39,569 bases of DNA, taken from Candidatus Nanohaloarchaea archaeon (GTDB lineage Archaea; Nanohalarchaeota; Nanosalinia; Nanosalinales; Nanosalinaceae). Each line of letters starts with the position of its first letter. Position 1 is the first letter of the stretch. Shown here piece after piece: positions 25,706 through 34,793 of this stretch. The notes below the pieces were generated by a model that ran no database searches, was not told the origin of the DNA, and worked only from the letters and a program-made list of their open reading frames with translations. The position numbers and the translations under genes are program-made. The stretch covers positions 1 to 39,569 of the forward strand of contig JBDGRE010000030.1 of the NCBI GenBank assembly GCA_042218325.1. The letters are read 5' to 3'.

Positions 25706-26677
25706 ATGACAGAGGAAACACGAGACCACGTCGTTCCGGGAACGGAAGAACCGCACAAGGGCGAGGAAATGAAAGGTTACCAGTTCGACGGCGAGTTCGA
25801 CCTCGACAGGTTCATCGATGCGTGCGGCACCACCGGTTTCCAGGCCACGCACCTGAAGGAGGCGGTCGACATAATCCGGGAGATGAGAGAGGAAGATGCG
25901 AAGATATTCCTGACCTTCACATCGAACATCGTCTCCTCGGGCCTCCGGGAAAGCATCGCCTATCTTGCGAAGGAGGACCTGGTCGATGTCATGGTGACGA
26001 CCGCCGGGGCGCACTCCGAGGATATCATCAAGACCGAGCACCCGTTCAAGATGGGGGAATGGGACGCGGAAGAGCAGGAGCTGCGGGAGAAAGGCATCAA
26101 CCGGCTGGGCAACATCTATGCAGAGTCTGACGGCTATGTCTGGCTGGAGAAATGGCTGAACGACGAGTTCTTCCCGGAATTTTTCGACGAGAAGAAGCTG
26201 CGGACGCCCACGGAAGTCGCCCGCGAACTCGGGAAGAAGATAGACGACGACCGCTCCTTCCTCAAGCATGCGGCGGAGAACGACATCCCGGTCTACTGCC
26301 CGGCGCTCATCGACGCGGAGATTGGTGACTACATGTTCTACTACCGCCAGGAGCAGGACCCGGAAATCGGTATTGAGATACTTGACGACTGGGACTCGCT
26401 CATCCACGAGGCCCTTGAAGCGGAGAAGACAGGCATCATATGTGTGGGTGCGGGAGTCCCGAAGCACCAGGCGATAATGTCCAACCTGTTCCGTGGAGGC
26501 GCCGAGTACGCTGTCTACATCTCCACTGGCATGGAAGGAGATGGTTCTCTTTCAGGCGCGCCGCCGAAGGAGGCGGTCTCCTGGGGGAAGATAAAGGGGA
26601 ACGTGAAGAACTACACCCAGGTCGAGGCCGAGGCTACGCTGGTCTGGCCGCTTATAGTCGAAGCCGCGTTCCGCTAA
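25706..26677 (+). CDS. dys: deoxyhypusine synthase
   Basis: GFQAT, FTSNIVSSGLRE, GINRLGNI, GAGVPKH, DGSLSGAPPKEAVSWGK. Confidence 0.96.
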   Translation: MTEETRDHVVPGTEEPHKGEEMKGYQFDGEFDLDRFIDACGTTGFQATHLKEAVDIIREMREEDAKIFLTFTSNIVSSGLRESIAYLAKEDLVDVMVTTAGAHSEDIIKTEHPFKMGEWDAEEQELREKGINRLGNIYAESDGYVWLEKWLNDEFFPEFFDEKKLRTPTEVARELGKKIDDDRSFLKHAAENDIPVYCPALIDAEIGDYMFYYRQEQDPEIGIEILDDWDSLIHEALEAEKTGIICVGAGVPKHQAIMSNLFRGGAEYAVYISTGMEGDGSLSGAPPKEAVSWGKIKGNVKNYTQVEAEATLVWPLIVEAAFR

Positions 26678-27033
26678 AGCTTTTCCTGTATCTTGCCTGC
26701 CACGCTGGAAAGCGGCGGTGCGAGCTCACGTGAATCGACCTTGTCAAGAGGCACCCACTCGGCATCCTGTGGTTCCCCGTCTATATGCATGCTGTAAGGC
26801 TGCCAGAGGAACTTTTCGCCCTCCATCTCGAACTCGGTCTTGAACCTGCGGCGGTAGCGCGCAGTCTCTGTGGTGCATCCCGTTACGTCCTCGGCGATAC
26901 GTTCTGCCGCATCCGAAGTAAGCTCGCCATGCTTCCTCGGACCCTGTGGCACGCCCCAGGCCTCTATATCCGGCCGGTAAGTCATGAGAAGTTTATCGTC
27001 CTGCAGTATAAGGCATCCAGATATCTCTACCAT
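26674..27033 (-). CDS. NUDIX-fold protein with degenerate Nudix box
   Basis: GCLILQDDKLLM..WGVPQG..HGELTSDAAERIAEDVTG; EWVPL. Confidence 0.75.
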   Translation of the reverse strand: MVEISGCLILQDDKLLMTYRPDIEAWGVPQGPRKHGELTSDAAERIAEDVTGCTTETARYRRRFKTEFEMEGEKFLWQPYSMHIDGEPQDAEWVPLDKVDSRELAPPLSSVAGKIQEKL

Positions 27034-27112
27034 GTAAACGCTTACTCGGGCTCGTTTAAAACAGCACCAACCGACTTAACCCTGGCGCGTCAATGCTTTT
27101 ACGGTGGTCGAC

Positions 27113-27925
27113 ATGGAATACGTACACATCCAGAACGAGCAGGTACCGGCCCTCGGCTTCGGTACATGGCAGCTCGAAGGGAAAGAATGCTACAGGGGCG
27201 TCATGGACGCTCTCGAAATCGGTTACAGGCATATCGATACAGCGCAGGCCTACGGCAACGAGGAAGAGGTCGGCAGGGCGATCGAGGAGTCAGACGTGTC
27301 ACGCGAGAACATCTGGCTGACCACCAAGATCTGGAGAGACAACCTTGACAGGGAGAACCTCAGGCGATCTGTGGAGGAAAGCCTCGAGAAGCTGCGGACG
27401 AACTACGTAGACCTCCTGCTCATACACTGGCCGTTCCCGGAGATAGACCTCGAGGAGGTCATAGAGGAGATGGAGGAACTCGTAGAGGAAGGGAAGGCCC
27501 TGCATATCGGGGTCAGCAACTTCACGCCGGAACAGGTCGAGGAGGCGCAGCAGCTCTCCTCCGTACCACTTTTCACGGATCAGGTCGAGTACCATCCTTT
27601 CCTCGACCAGGGCGAGGTCCTCGAGGCCTGCAGGGAACACAGGATGATGCTGACGGCGTACTCGCCGCTCGCCCGTGGAGACGTCGTGGAAGACGAGACG
27701 CTGGAAGAGATAGGGGAGAAGTACGGGAAGACCTCGGCCCAGGTAGCTCTCCGGTGGCTTGTCCAGCAGGAGGGTGTAGCGGCGATACCGAAGGCGAGCT
27801 CCGGCGAACACAGGAGGCAGAACTTCGATATCTTCGACTTCGAGCTGGATGAAGCCGAGATGGAGCGCATAAACGGCCTCTCGAGGAACGACAGGAAGGT
27901 CGACCCATCGTTCGGGCCATGGTAG
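27113..27925 (+). CDS. aldo/keto reductase
   Basis: LGFGTWQ, GYRHIDTAQAYGNE, TTKIW, DLLLIHWP, IGVSNF, AYSPL, AIPK. Confidence 0.97.
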   Translation: MEYVHIQNEQVPALGFGTWQLEGKECYRGVMDALEIGYRHIDTAQAYGNEEEVGRAIEESDVSRENIWLTTKIWRDNLDRENLRRSVEESLEKLRTNYVDLLLIHWPFPEIDLEEVIEEMEELVEEGKALHIGVSNFTPEQVEEAQQLSSVPLFTDQVEYHPFLDQGEVLEACREHRMMLTAYSPLARGDVVEDETLEEIGEKYGKTSAQVALRWLVQQEGVAAIPKASSGEHRRQNFDIFDFELDEAEMERINGLSRNDRKVDPSFGPW

Positions 27926-27934
27926 GAGGAGGAG

Positions 27935-29011
27935 CTACAGCTTCTGCTGTTTCTCCTCTTTTATCCTGTCATCATCCGTAAAATCAGAGTACTCGACGAC
28001 GTAACTCTTGTCCTTTCTCCGGGCTTCTTCCACGCTCTTGAAAAGTATGCGTTTCTCCTGCTTCGTCATCACTGGGAAACCGTAGTTCTCGGCCTCGTAG
28101 TCCCAGTCTTTGCCTTCCTGCGTCTTATCCTCCACGAACTCTTCGTGGCGGTTTATGCGCGCCGTGTTGACCTCCCTTGTCTTCTGCTCCAGTCCTTCCA
28201 CCTGTTCCTCGAACTCGCGGCCGAACTCCTCCTCGAGCTCGAATCCTACAGAGTTCCGGCCGAGGACCATCGCGGCGAGGGAGGTCGTTCCTGTACCCCA
28301 GAAGGGATCGAGCACAGTGTCGCCGTAGACCGAGTACATGTTGATCAGCCTGTACGGTATCTCGAACGGGTAGGCCGCCGCCCTGTCACGTAACTCGCCG
28401 TTGCTCAGGTCCTGCAGTGTACCCCGGACGTCGGTCCATACATCCGAGAACCACTTGTTGCGCTCCTCCCAGAAATACGCGCTCTGGTACCTGTCCTGCG
28501 AGCCGGGCTCGAACCTTCTCTCACCTTCTTTCCTGAAGACGAGGATGTGTTCATGCTCCAGCGTCACGTAAGCGTTCGGCGGCAACATGCCCGAACCCAT
28601 GAACTTGCTGGCCTTGTTCGTCGGCTTCCTCCACAGGATACCGGGAAGCAGGTGGAAGCCGTTCCGGGTGAAGAAATCTATCACCTTGCTGTGGTTCGGG
28701 AAAAGCTGGAAGTCGCCATCCACCTTCCGGGTCGCATCGCCCACGTTAACACATACTACACCTCCCTCACAGGTGACACGGGCGACCTCCGACCACACTT
28801 TCTCCAGCTCGTCATGCATCATGTCGAAGGCCTCGTAGGCCTCTCCATCCTCTATAGCCCGGCCTATCTCGGAGTTGAGCGAGGTGAAAAGTTCGTCCCA
28901 CATCTCTATCATCGGGTACGGCGGAGAGGTCACCGTGAGCTCGACCGAACCATCCTCTATCTCCGACATGTCACGCGAATCAGCGAAGTGCACAGTGTGT
29001 TCCGTATTCAT
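27935..29011 (-). CDS. DNA N4/N6 amino-methyltransferase, beta class (probably m4C), orphan
   Basis: TSPPY motif IV precedes LDPFWGTGTT motif I; no adjacent endonuclease gene. Confidence 0.92.
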   Translation of the reverse strand: MNTEHTVHFADSRDMSEIEDGSVELTVTSPPYPMIEMWDELFTSLNSEIGRAIEDGEAYEAFDMMHDELEKVWSEVARVTCEGGVVCVNVGDATRKVDGDFQLFPNHSKVIDFFTRNGFHLLPGILWRKPTNKASKFMGSGMLPPNAYVTLEHEHILVFRKEGERRFEPGSQDRYQSAYFWEERNKWFSDVWTDVRGTLQDLSNGELRDRAAAYPFEIPYRLINMYSVYGDTVLDPFWGTGTTSLAAMVLGRNSVGFELEEEFGREFEEQVEGLEQKTREVNTARINRHEEFVEDKTQEGKDWDYEAENYGFPVMTKQEKRILFKSVEEARRKDKSYVVEYSDFTDDDRIKEEKQQKL

Positions 29012-29290
29012 CGTCCTTGGCTCCCGTACCACGACCCCCGGCAAAGTAGAGGGCCGCAGCCACAGTCATGAAAGATGTTACCCGGGAACATTTTTAGAAG
29101 TGCAGCGCCCAGGGCAGACTTAAGCTGGTTCATTAACCATCTCGGTCTTAGTGGACAAACTTGTTTTCTTCAGAAAATCTTAAATCCGATTCCCTGATTC
29201 CTTGATTTCTTTAAAAGATTGACTCACCGCTCTACCTCTGGTTCAAAGGTCTCTTAATACGATTTTACCTTAAATTTCCAGTCGAAACAG

Positions 29291-29486
29291 AGGGTTTCTT
29301 GAACTTATAAAGAAGCCCTGAACTCGAACTTGACCTTCTGTCACCCCCTGTAAAAATATGTAGAAAAACACATATTTCGGTTTCTTGACTCTATAAACCT
29401 TTCTAAATAATGCTTTTAGCCAGAGGGCTTCTTGTAACGCTTAGTTTTCAAAAATAATGGCTCAGAGGAAAGGAAACCCTTTATAA
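29291..29486 (+). promoter_or_regulatory. operator array AGGGYTTCYT and TATA box of the RHH operon
   Basis: Copies at 29291 (+), 29310 (-), 29424 (+), 29471 (-); the last abuts TTATAA at 29481. Confidence 0.6.
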
Positions 29487-29513
29487 GATTTTAACTACTA
29501 ACCTGTCACTACT

Positions 29514-29630
29514 ATGAGAAGAATGATTCATTTCAAGGCAGACAACATGGAAGAGCTACGCAAAATCTGTAGAGAAGCCGTAGAGGAAAAAGTTCAGGAA
29601 AAAGAAGGGGTCGAAAATGAAAGAAAATAA
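29514..29630 (+). CDS. 38-aa protein, RHH-like fragment (not in ORF track)
   Basis: MRRMIHFKADNMEELRKICREAVEEKVQEKEGVENERK; ATG about 30 nt after TATA; overlaps next gene. Confidence 0.5.
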   Translation: MRRMIHFKADNMEELRKICREAVEEKVQEKEGVENERK

Positions 29631-29904
29631 CTCAATCTTCGGCTCAGACCTTGAACTCTTCCCCGCACGGCTTCCAGAACAAACACTCGATAGAATACAA
29701 AACATTTCCGACAGAGAAGGCGTATCACAGGCAGAAGTAGTCAGAACGCTCGTGAATAAATCTCTGGACGATGATTTTTACGAGAAAGAGATTGCGTTAG
29801 ATGTGCTGGACGATATTCAGAGAAAAACCTCCAGAGAACAGCTACAAAAATCCGCAATCAACATCCAACGCTTCCTACTTGAGCAGGAAGGCGGTCGAGA
29901 ATGA
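29617..29904 (+). CDS. ribbon-helix-helix (CopG-like) DNA-binding protein
   Basis: FPARLPEQTLDRIQNISDREGVSQAEVVRTLV. Confidence 0.82.
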   Translation: MKENNSIFGSDLELFPARLPEQTLDRIQNISDREGVSQAEVVRTLVNKSLDDDFYEKEIALDVLDDIQRKTSREQLQKSAINIQRFLLEQEGGRE

Positions 29905-30305
29905 GCAGAGACAGAAAAGCGTCAAGTAATGGTGAAATGCTGTCTGAGGAAGAGGTAAAAGAGGAAATGGAAACACTCAGAGCTTTACACCACGAGTGTA
30001 TGGTAGATTCCCTGAACGATGAAGTGGTAAGTAAGAACTGCCTCTATAGAAACATGATAGCGAATAATCTCGAAGACCAGGATATCGAAGTAGAGTTCTG
30101 TCTGACATGCGGTTTCCCAGTAGCTCCAAGATACGAAGTAGAGAGGAACTCCTGTCCAAGGTGCGACATGGCTTTCGACATACCAGAGGAACTGAAAGAC
30201 AACCCTGAAGTAGAAGACAAAGAGACTTTAATGGAGCAAAACGACTACTCATGGTCAATAGCCCTTGAGACAAAGCCTCCAGAAGATGTTCCAGGTGAAA
30301 AATAG
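29901..30305 (+). CDS. zinc-ribbon protein
   Basis: CLTCG and CPRCD pairs; ATGA overlap with upstream gene. Confidence 0.75.
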   Translation: MSRDRKASSNGEMLSEEEVKEEMETLRALHHECMVDSLNDEVVSKNCLYRNMIANNLEDQDIEVEFCLTCGFPVAPRYEVERNSCPRCDMAFDIPEELKDNPEVEDKETLMEQNDYSWSIALETKPPEDVPGEK

Positions 30306-30448
30306 GTTGATAGAGATAACAGGGCTACAATATAAAGGGGAAAATCCTTCCTCAATTTTTTTCTTTCAAAACTATTTTATGGAAATACCTAAACCTGTTA
30401 GTTACATACTGACAAGGCATAAAAATACAGTTTCAGAAATTCTTAGGT

Positions 30449-30610
30449 ATGGAAGGCTCTCAGCTACACACATTCAGAACGGCTCGAAACTGGTCGGGAA
30501 CTACAATAGTTTCAATACCCGCAGAAAGCGTCCGACAAATCGGCATAGAAGACGGAGAAAAACTTGAAATAGAACTCAAAAAAGCCGAAAACGAGACCGC
30601 AGAAACATAA
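30449..30610 (+). CDS. AbrB/MazE/SpoVT-family DNA-binding protein (53 aa, not in ORF track)
   Basis: MEGSQLHTFRTARNWSGTTIVSIPAESVRQIGIEDGEKLEIELKK. Confidence 0.8.
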   Translation: MEGSQLHTFRTARNWSGTTIVSIPAESVRQIGIEDGEKLEIELKKAENETAET

Positions 30611-30661
30611 AAAACCGGAAAAGGGTGTGACCAGCACCCCTTCCCTTCACAGACCGATACT

Positions 30662-33217
30662 ATGAACAATAAATAATTACACAGCACTACTGAAAAGCGT
30701 TTCGTCCCTCTCAAAACCACAGAAACAGAAGTAGAAGTAGACCTTGATATAGACAAGGAAATTTCAGGCGACCTACAGAAAATAAGAAACAGCGACTTCA
30801 TCCTCGACACAATCAATCAGGATTCAGGTAAAGAAAAAGGATTACGGCTGATACACGCATCCGCAGGAGCAAGAAAAACCTATTCCGTAATAGAATACTG
30901 TAAACAGAACCCTGACGAAACCATACTTATCGGTGTTCAGGACTGGCAACTCGGCAAGGAACTGGAGAAAAAACTGGTAAAGAAAGGAGTTGACTGCCGA
31001 CGGATAGAAGGATTCGAGAGAGCAGGATGCCCGTTAATGCCTGAATACGATACCGATGGAAACCTGAAAAAGAGTTACAAAAATCTGCCTCAAAGCAAGA
31101 AGGACTCACATGACTTCTGGAAAAACTCTACCGATGTAGCATACACCCATGACTACCTGATATCCCGATACGGCAATAACGACCACTGGAAGAACTGTCC
31201 ATACACCAGCCAATACCGGAAACTTAGCGGAAAAGTAATCATCGCACCTGTAGACCTACTAGAATCAGAAAGAATCTGGAACACAGGCACCGACAGAGCA
31301 TTTATAGACGAAACAACCGACAGAGACGAAAAACTAAAGTTCAATATAACCAAGAAAAACTTCAACCAGTTCGTTAAAAAAGTAGAGAAATCAGGAAACT
31401 TCAAAGACATTCTCAAAGAACACCGGATAGACGAAGAAACCTATAAGGAAAAGAAAAACGTGGTAAGAAACTTCATCAAGGATTACAGAAAGACGGTAAA
31501 GCGTTCTTCAGCGATACTGAACGACTACTGGAAGCCGGGCTACTACCAAGCCGACTCAATACGAGACACGCATGAAGCTCCTGTCAATCCTGATAAGGAC
31601 GAACCTGACAGAAGGTTGATTTGGCAGATACGGACTCTCAAAGTTATAGGCGACTACGACAGAGAAAAGGTGGCAGAAGCCTTCCAACAAATCGGGAAGC
31701 TCTACAGAGCAGCGATGTTCGAACTCATAGAAGATTCACCCAGCAAGGCATCATCTCTGACACAAGGATGGATAGACTTAGAGAGCTACAGCCGACACAT
31801 CAAAAACCTGTATATCCAACCAGAATGGTATCCCGAAAAAATCGAAAAGAAAGAACCCAGCTTCATACAGAACCGAGGCTACGAACCAGTAGAGGAGACT
31901 GGAGACTATCTATACGGCTACTTCCTCGACTTCGGAGAATACAAACCGTTCAAATACCTGAAAGACGAAAGCGAGGTCTGGATATCCGACTTGGGATGCG
32001 AATACGAACAACACGCAGACAGCACCAAGAAAATCTCTCACGGAGTCGTCTCCTACAGGAAGAAAAGCTACATGGAGAAAATAATCAGTAAATCAAACAA
32101 CTGCCACATCACCATTCTTGACGCATCCTTCAAGAAAAAAGACCTAGAAACCACGCTCGAAAACTACCTGATGCGGGAGGTAGAATACAGGTATCCTGAG
32201 AAGCCGTGGACTCTGAAGGAAAATGTAGAACCAGTTCGACTTTACCTTGAAGAAAACATAGGCAGGGAGGTCGTGAAGCCTGATGCAACAGTTCCTTTCT
32301 ACGACTGGGCGATGAGACTGAAGAAGACGAGAAGAAGTGATGATGGCTACGAAATCAAGATAGCGAGAGCCAAGGTCGACCAGGGATGCCTTTCTACTGT
32401 TACACGGCTGACACGCAAACACACAGGCAAAACCAACCTTTCCAAGTTCACAAAGAACTCAGAACTATACAAAGAATGGATGAAACAACTGAGGAACGGA
32501 GAAGTGCCTGAACTACTTCAAGACCTTTGCGACCTGCTGAACCAGAAAGGATTCCCCGACTTCGGACTAATAACCCACAGACCACTATACCTACAACTTC
32601 TGCAGAACGACTTGGTAGACAAGAAAGATATCGGCTACTTCTGGGGTCTGCGTGGCGTCAACAAGTTCAAGGACAAGTCAGGTCTGTTCGTTCTCGGAAC
32701 GCCATACACATCGCCAGACTCCATACTTTTCCAGACCACAGCCCGTTACGGCAGGATATCAGGGAGTCACGCCATCAAAAACCCTATGAGCAACTACAAG
32801 TATCCTCTGGAAATCGAACAGACAGTATTGGAGATGGAGACGCACGAGGAAATCTACCAAGCCATCATGCGAATCCGTCCACACATACATGCGAAAGAAA
32901 TCTACGCCATGTGTCCAATACCTGACAAAGTGAAGGAAGAAGTAGGCAAAAAGAAACAGCCAGAATACCTCTCGGAAACCGTCAGAGACAGGCTCTTTGA
33001 ATCAACGAAAAATAAGTGTAATAACCTTACCAGTCAAATACTTTCAGGCAAAAAGTTCGATTTGTCAGACTTGAAACAGAAATACGATTATTCGGAAGAG
33101 TTCCTAGAGTATGTAATGAAACGGCTGGGAGACGAAAGAAGCCACGATGACATAAAGAAGGTAAAGCTGAAAGACGGGAAATTATCCAGAAAACAGAACT
33201 ACAGCTACAGCCCATAA
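30662..33217 (+). pseudogene. SF2-helicase-like replication protein with stop at codon 5 and altered Walker A
   Basis: ATG 30662, TAA 30674-30676, then open in frame with the 31037 ORF; ASAGARKT (30857-30880), FIDET, FWGLRGVNKF..LFVLGTP, EIYQAIMRIR. Confidence 0.72.
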
Positions 33218-33576
33218 AAATACTGGAAACCGGAGGTTCGGCTGAACCTCTATTATCATATTACTAATAAGAGTTCGCCCGAATCTGCGGAAAAATGTCC
33301 TGCAAAGACGGTGAAAACCTGTTTTTAATCAATCCATGTCTCCGGTTTCTTGAAACCGCCCTGTTTCTTGAACTTTTAAACCATGGAACTACTTTTCCGG
33401 TAACAAATCCTGATTCTTTAGAACTTCCTTGAAATAACCACAAACGGCAGACCTGTGTTCCCACCACTCCAATTGTATCCTTGACTGATTTATTTGAAGA
33501 CGGCTGAATCAACGGTTTCAGCACTTGACAGTTGTTTTTTACACCGAGAAATCCAGAAAAAGAACTATCCGAAAAT

Positions 33577-34617
33577 TTACCCCATGACTTTTTGGTAGTC
33601 CTGCTTGTTCTCCTTTTTCTCTATGTTCAGATAATGCTTATCGGTCAGGTCAGTATTCTGGTGTCGTGCCAAGTTACTTGTTCTGCTGAGGTTCAAACCT
33701 TCCTCACCGCCTTCGTAGATATGGTGGATGAAGCTCTTCCGCAGACGATGTGCGGAAATCTTCTCAGCCTTGTTGATACCGGATTTCTCTGCTACTTTCT
33801 CCAGTTCCTTGTTCAAGTGGTAGCGTTCCCGTGCCAACGCCCTGAAGTCCTTATCGCTATCACCTATGAAATCGAATAAGTGGTTAAGGTCTTCGCTGTC
33901 AGTTTCCTGTATGAACCCCTGAAAATCCTCTATCTCTGTTTCGTGCTGGTTGATGATATAGTTCTGTATTTCCTTTTGGAATCTAGCCGGAAGGAAGCAG
34001 TATTCAGGTTCTTTGCTGTTTTTCTTGCCCTTGGCGTATTCTGACGGTATCTCAATCTCAATGGCTTCATCTTCTGTAAACTCATACCAGTCCGGTTTCA
34101 GGTTCAGTATTTCATAGCTCCGCATCCCAGCGTAGAACATGTGGATTATCGCCTGTTTCAGTTGAGGGTTGTTATCGGAGACTGCTTCCAATATTTTCTG
34201 AACCTGTTCCTCTGTGAAGTATGTAGTTGGCGACTGGGAGCTTGGTTTCTCCATGTTTCTGGATTCTGGAAGCTGTCGAATCTTACTGGTCTCGCCTACT
34301 GCTTCAAGGTAGCTTTTCAACGCTACATAGGTGTTGTATTTGAATCTAGTAGTATCTACATCTCTTTTCTTGGCTTTCAAGGTCGCCCAGCGTTTGAACT
34401 GGGTTAAGTCGAAGTTTTCGACCTCGACCGTGGAAGGTTCTGGGTCGTTTACCGTGGGGTCGAAGTCCAGATGTGACAGGTAACGAAGGTATTGGACCAG
34501 CGTTCCGTCTGCCTTCTCCCCGTTGTGATACTCAGCGAACTTTTTGTATTGTATCGGGTCGTTATTGGTTTCCAGAGATTCAGCTATGCTGAATAAATCC
34601 TTGTCTTGGGATGGCAT
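33577..34617 (-). CDS. tyrosine recombinase/integrase
   Basis: GMRSYE (R), KGK (K), HRLR, ARHQ (H), KHY (Y) catalytic set; likely ATG 34617. Confidence 0.93.
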   Translation of the reverse strand: MPSQDKDLFSIAESLETNNDPIQYKKFAEYHNGEKADGTLVQYLRYLSHLDFDPTVNDPEPSTVEVENFDLTQFKRWATLKAKKRDVDTTRFKYNTYVALKSYLEAVGETSKIRQLPESRNMEKPSSQSPTTYFTEEQVQKILEAVSDNNPQLKQAIIHMFYAGMRSYEILNLKPDWYEFTEDEAIEIEIPSEYAKGKKNSKEPEYCFLPARFQKEIQNYIINQHETEIEDFQGFIQETDSEDLNHLFDFIGDSDKDFRALARERYHLNKELEKVAEKSGINKAEKISAHRLRKSFIHHIYEGGEEGLNLSRTSNLARHQNTDLTDKHYLNIEKKENKQDYQKVMG

Positions 34618-34793
34618 AAAAAATAGGTATTTTTTAGCAGATAAAAGCGCTTCTACATACATCTATAAGTTCTATAAGACCTATAAAGTCGTCTGAATTA
34701 TACTGCTCAATATTTCTTGATTACGGTTTTGGTTGTCAATCATAACTGGCATCAAGGCAACCAACAGGCTGTAACCAGATTCTGTTTCTTCTT

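Noticed and set aside
3043-28838. Numerous antisense and alternate-frame ORFs (e.g. 25460-26467, 20258-21055, 3658-4299, 16532-17167)
   Set aside because: Shadows of GC-rich genes with clear homology in another frame; composition is not acidic.
29100-29125. tRNA 3'-end fragment (att site) on the minus strand, AAGTCTGCCCTGGGCGC
   Set aside because: T loop lacks TTC, the acceptor register does not fit a tRNA I recognise, and there is no second copy in the window; left unresolved.
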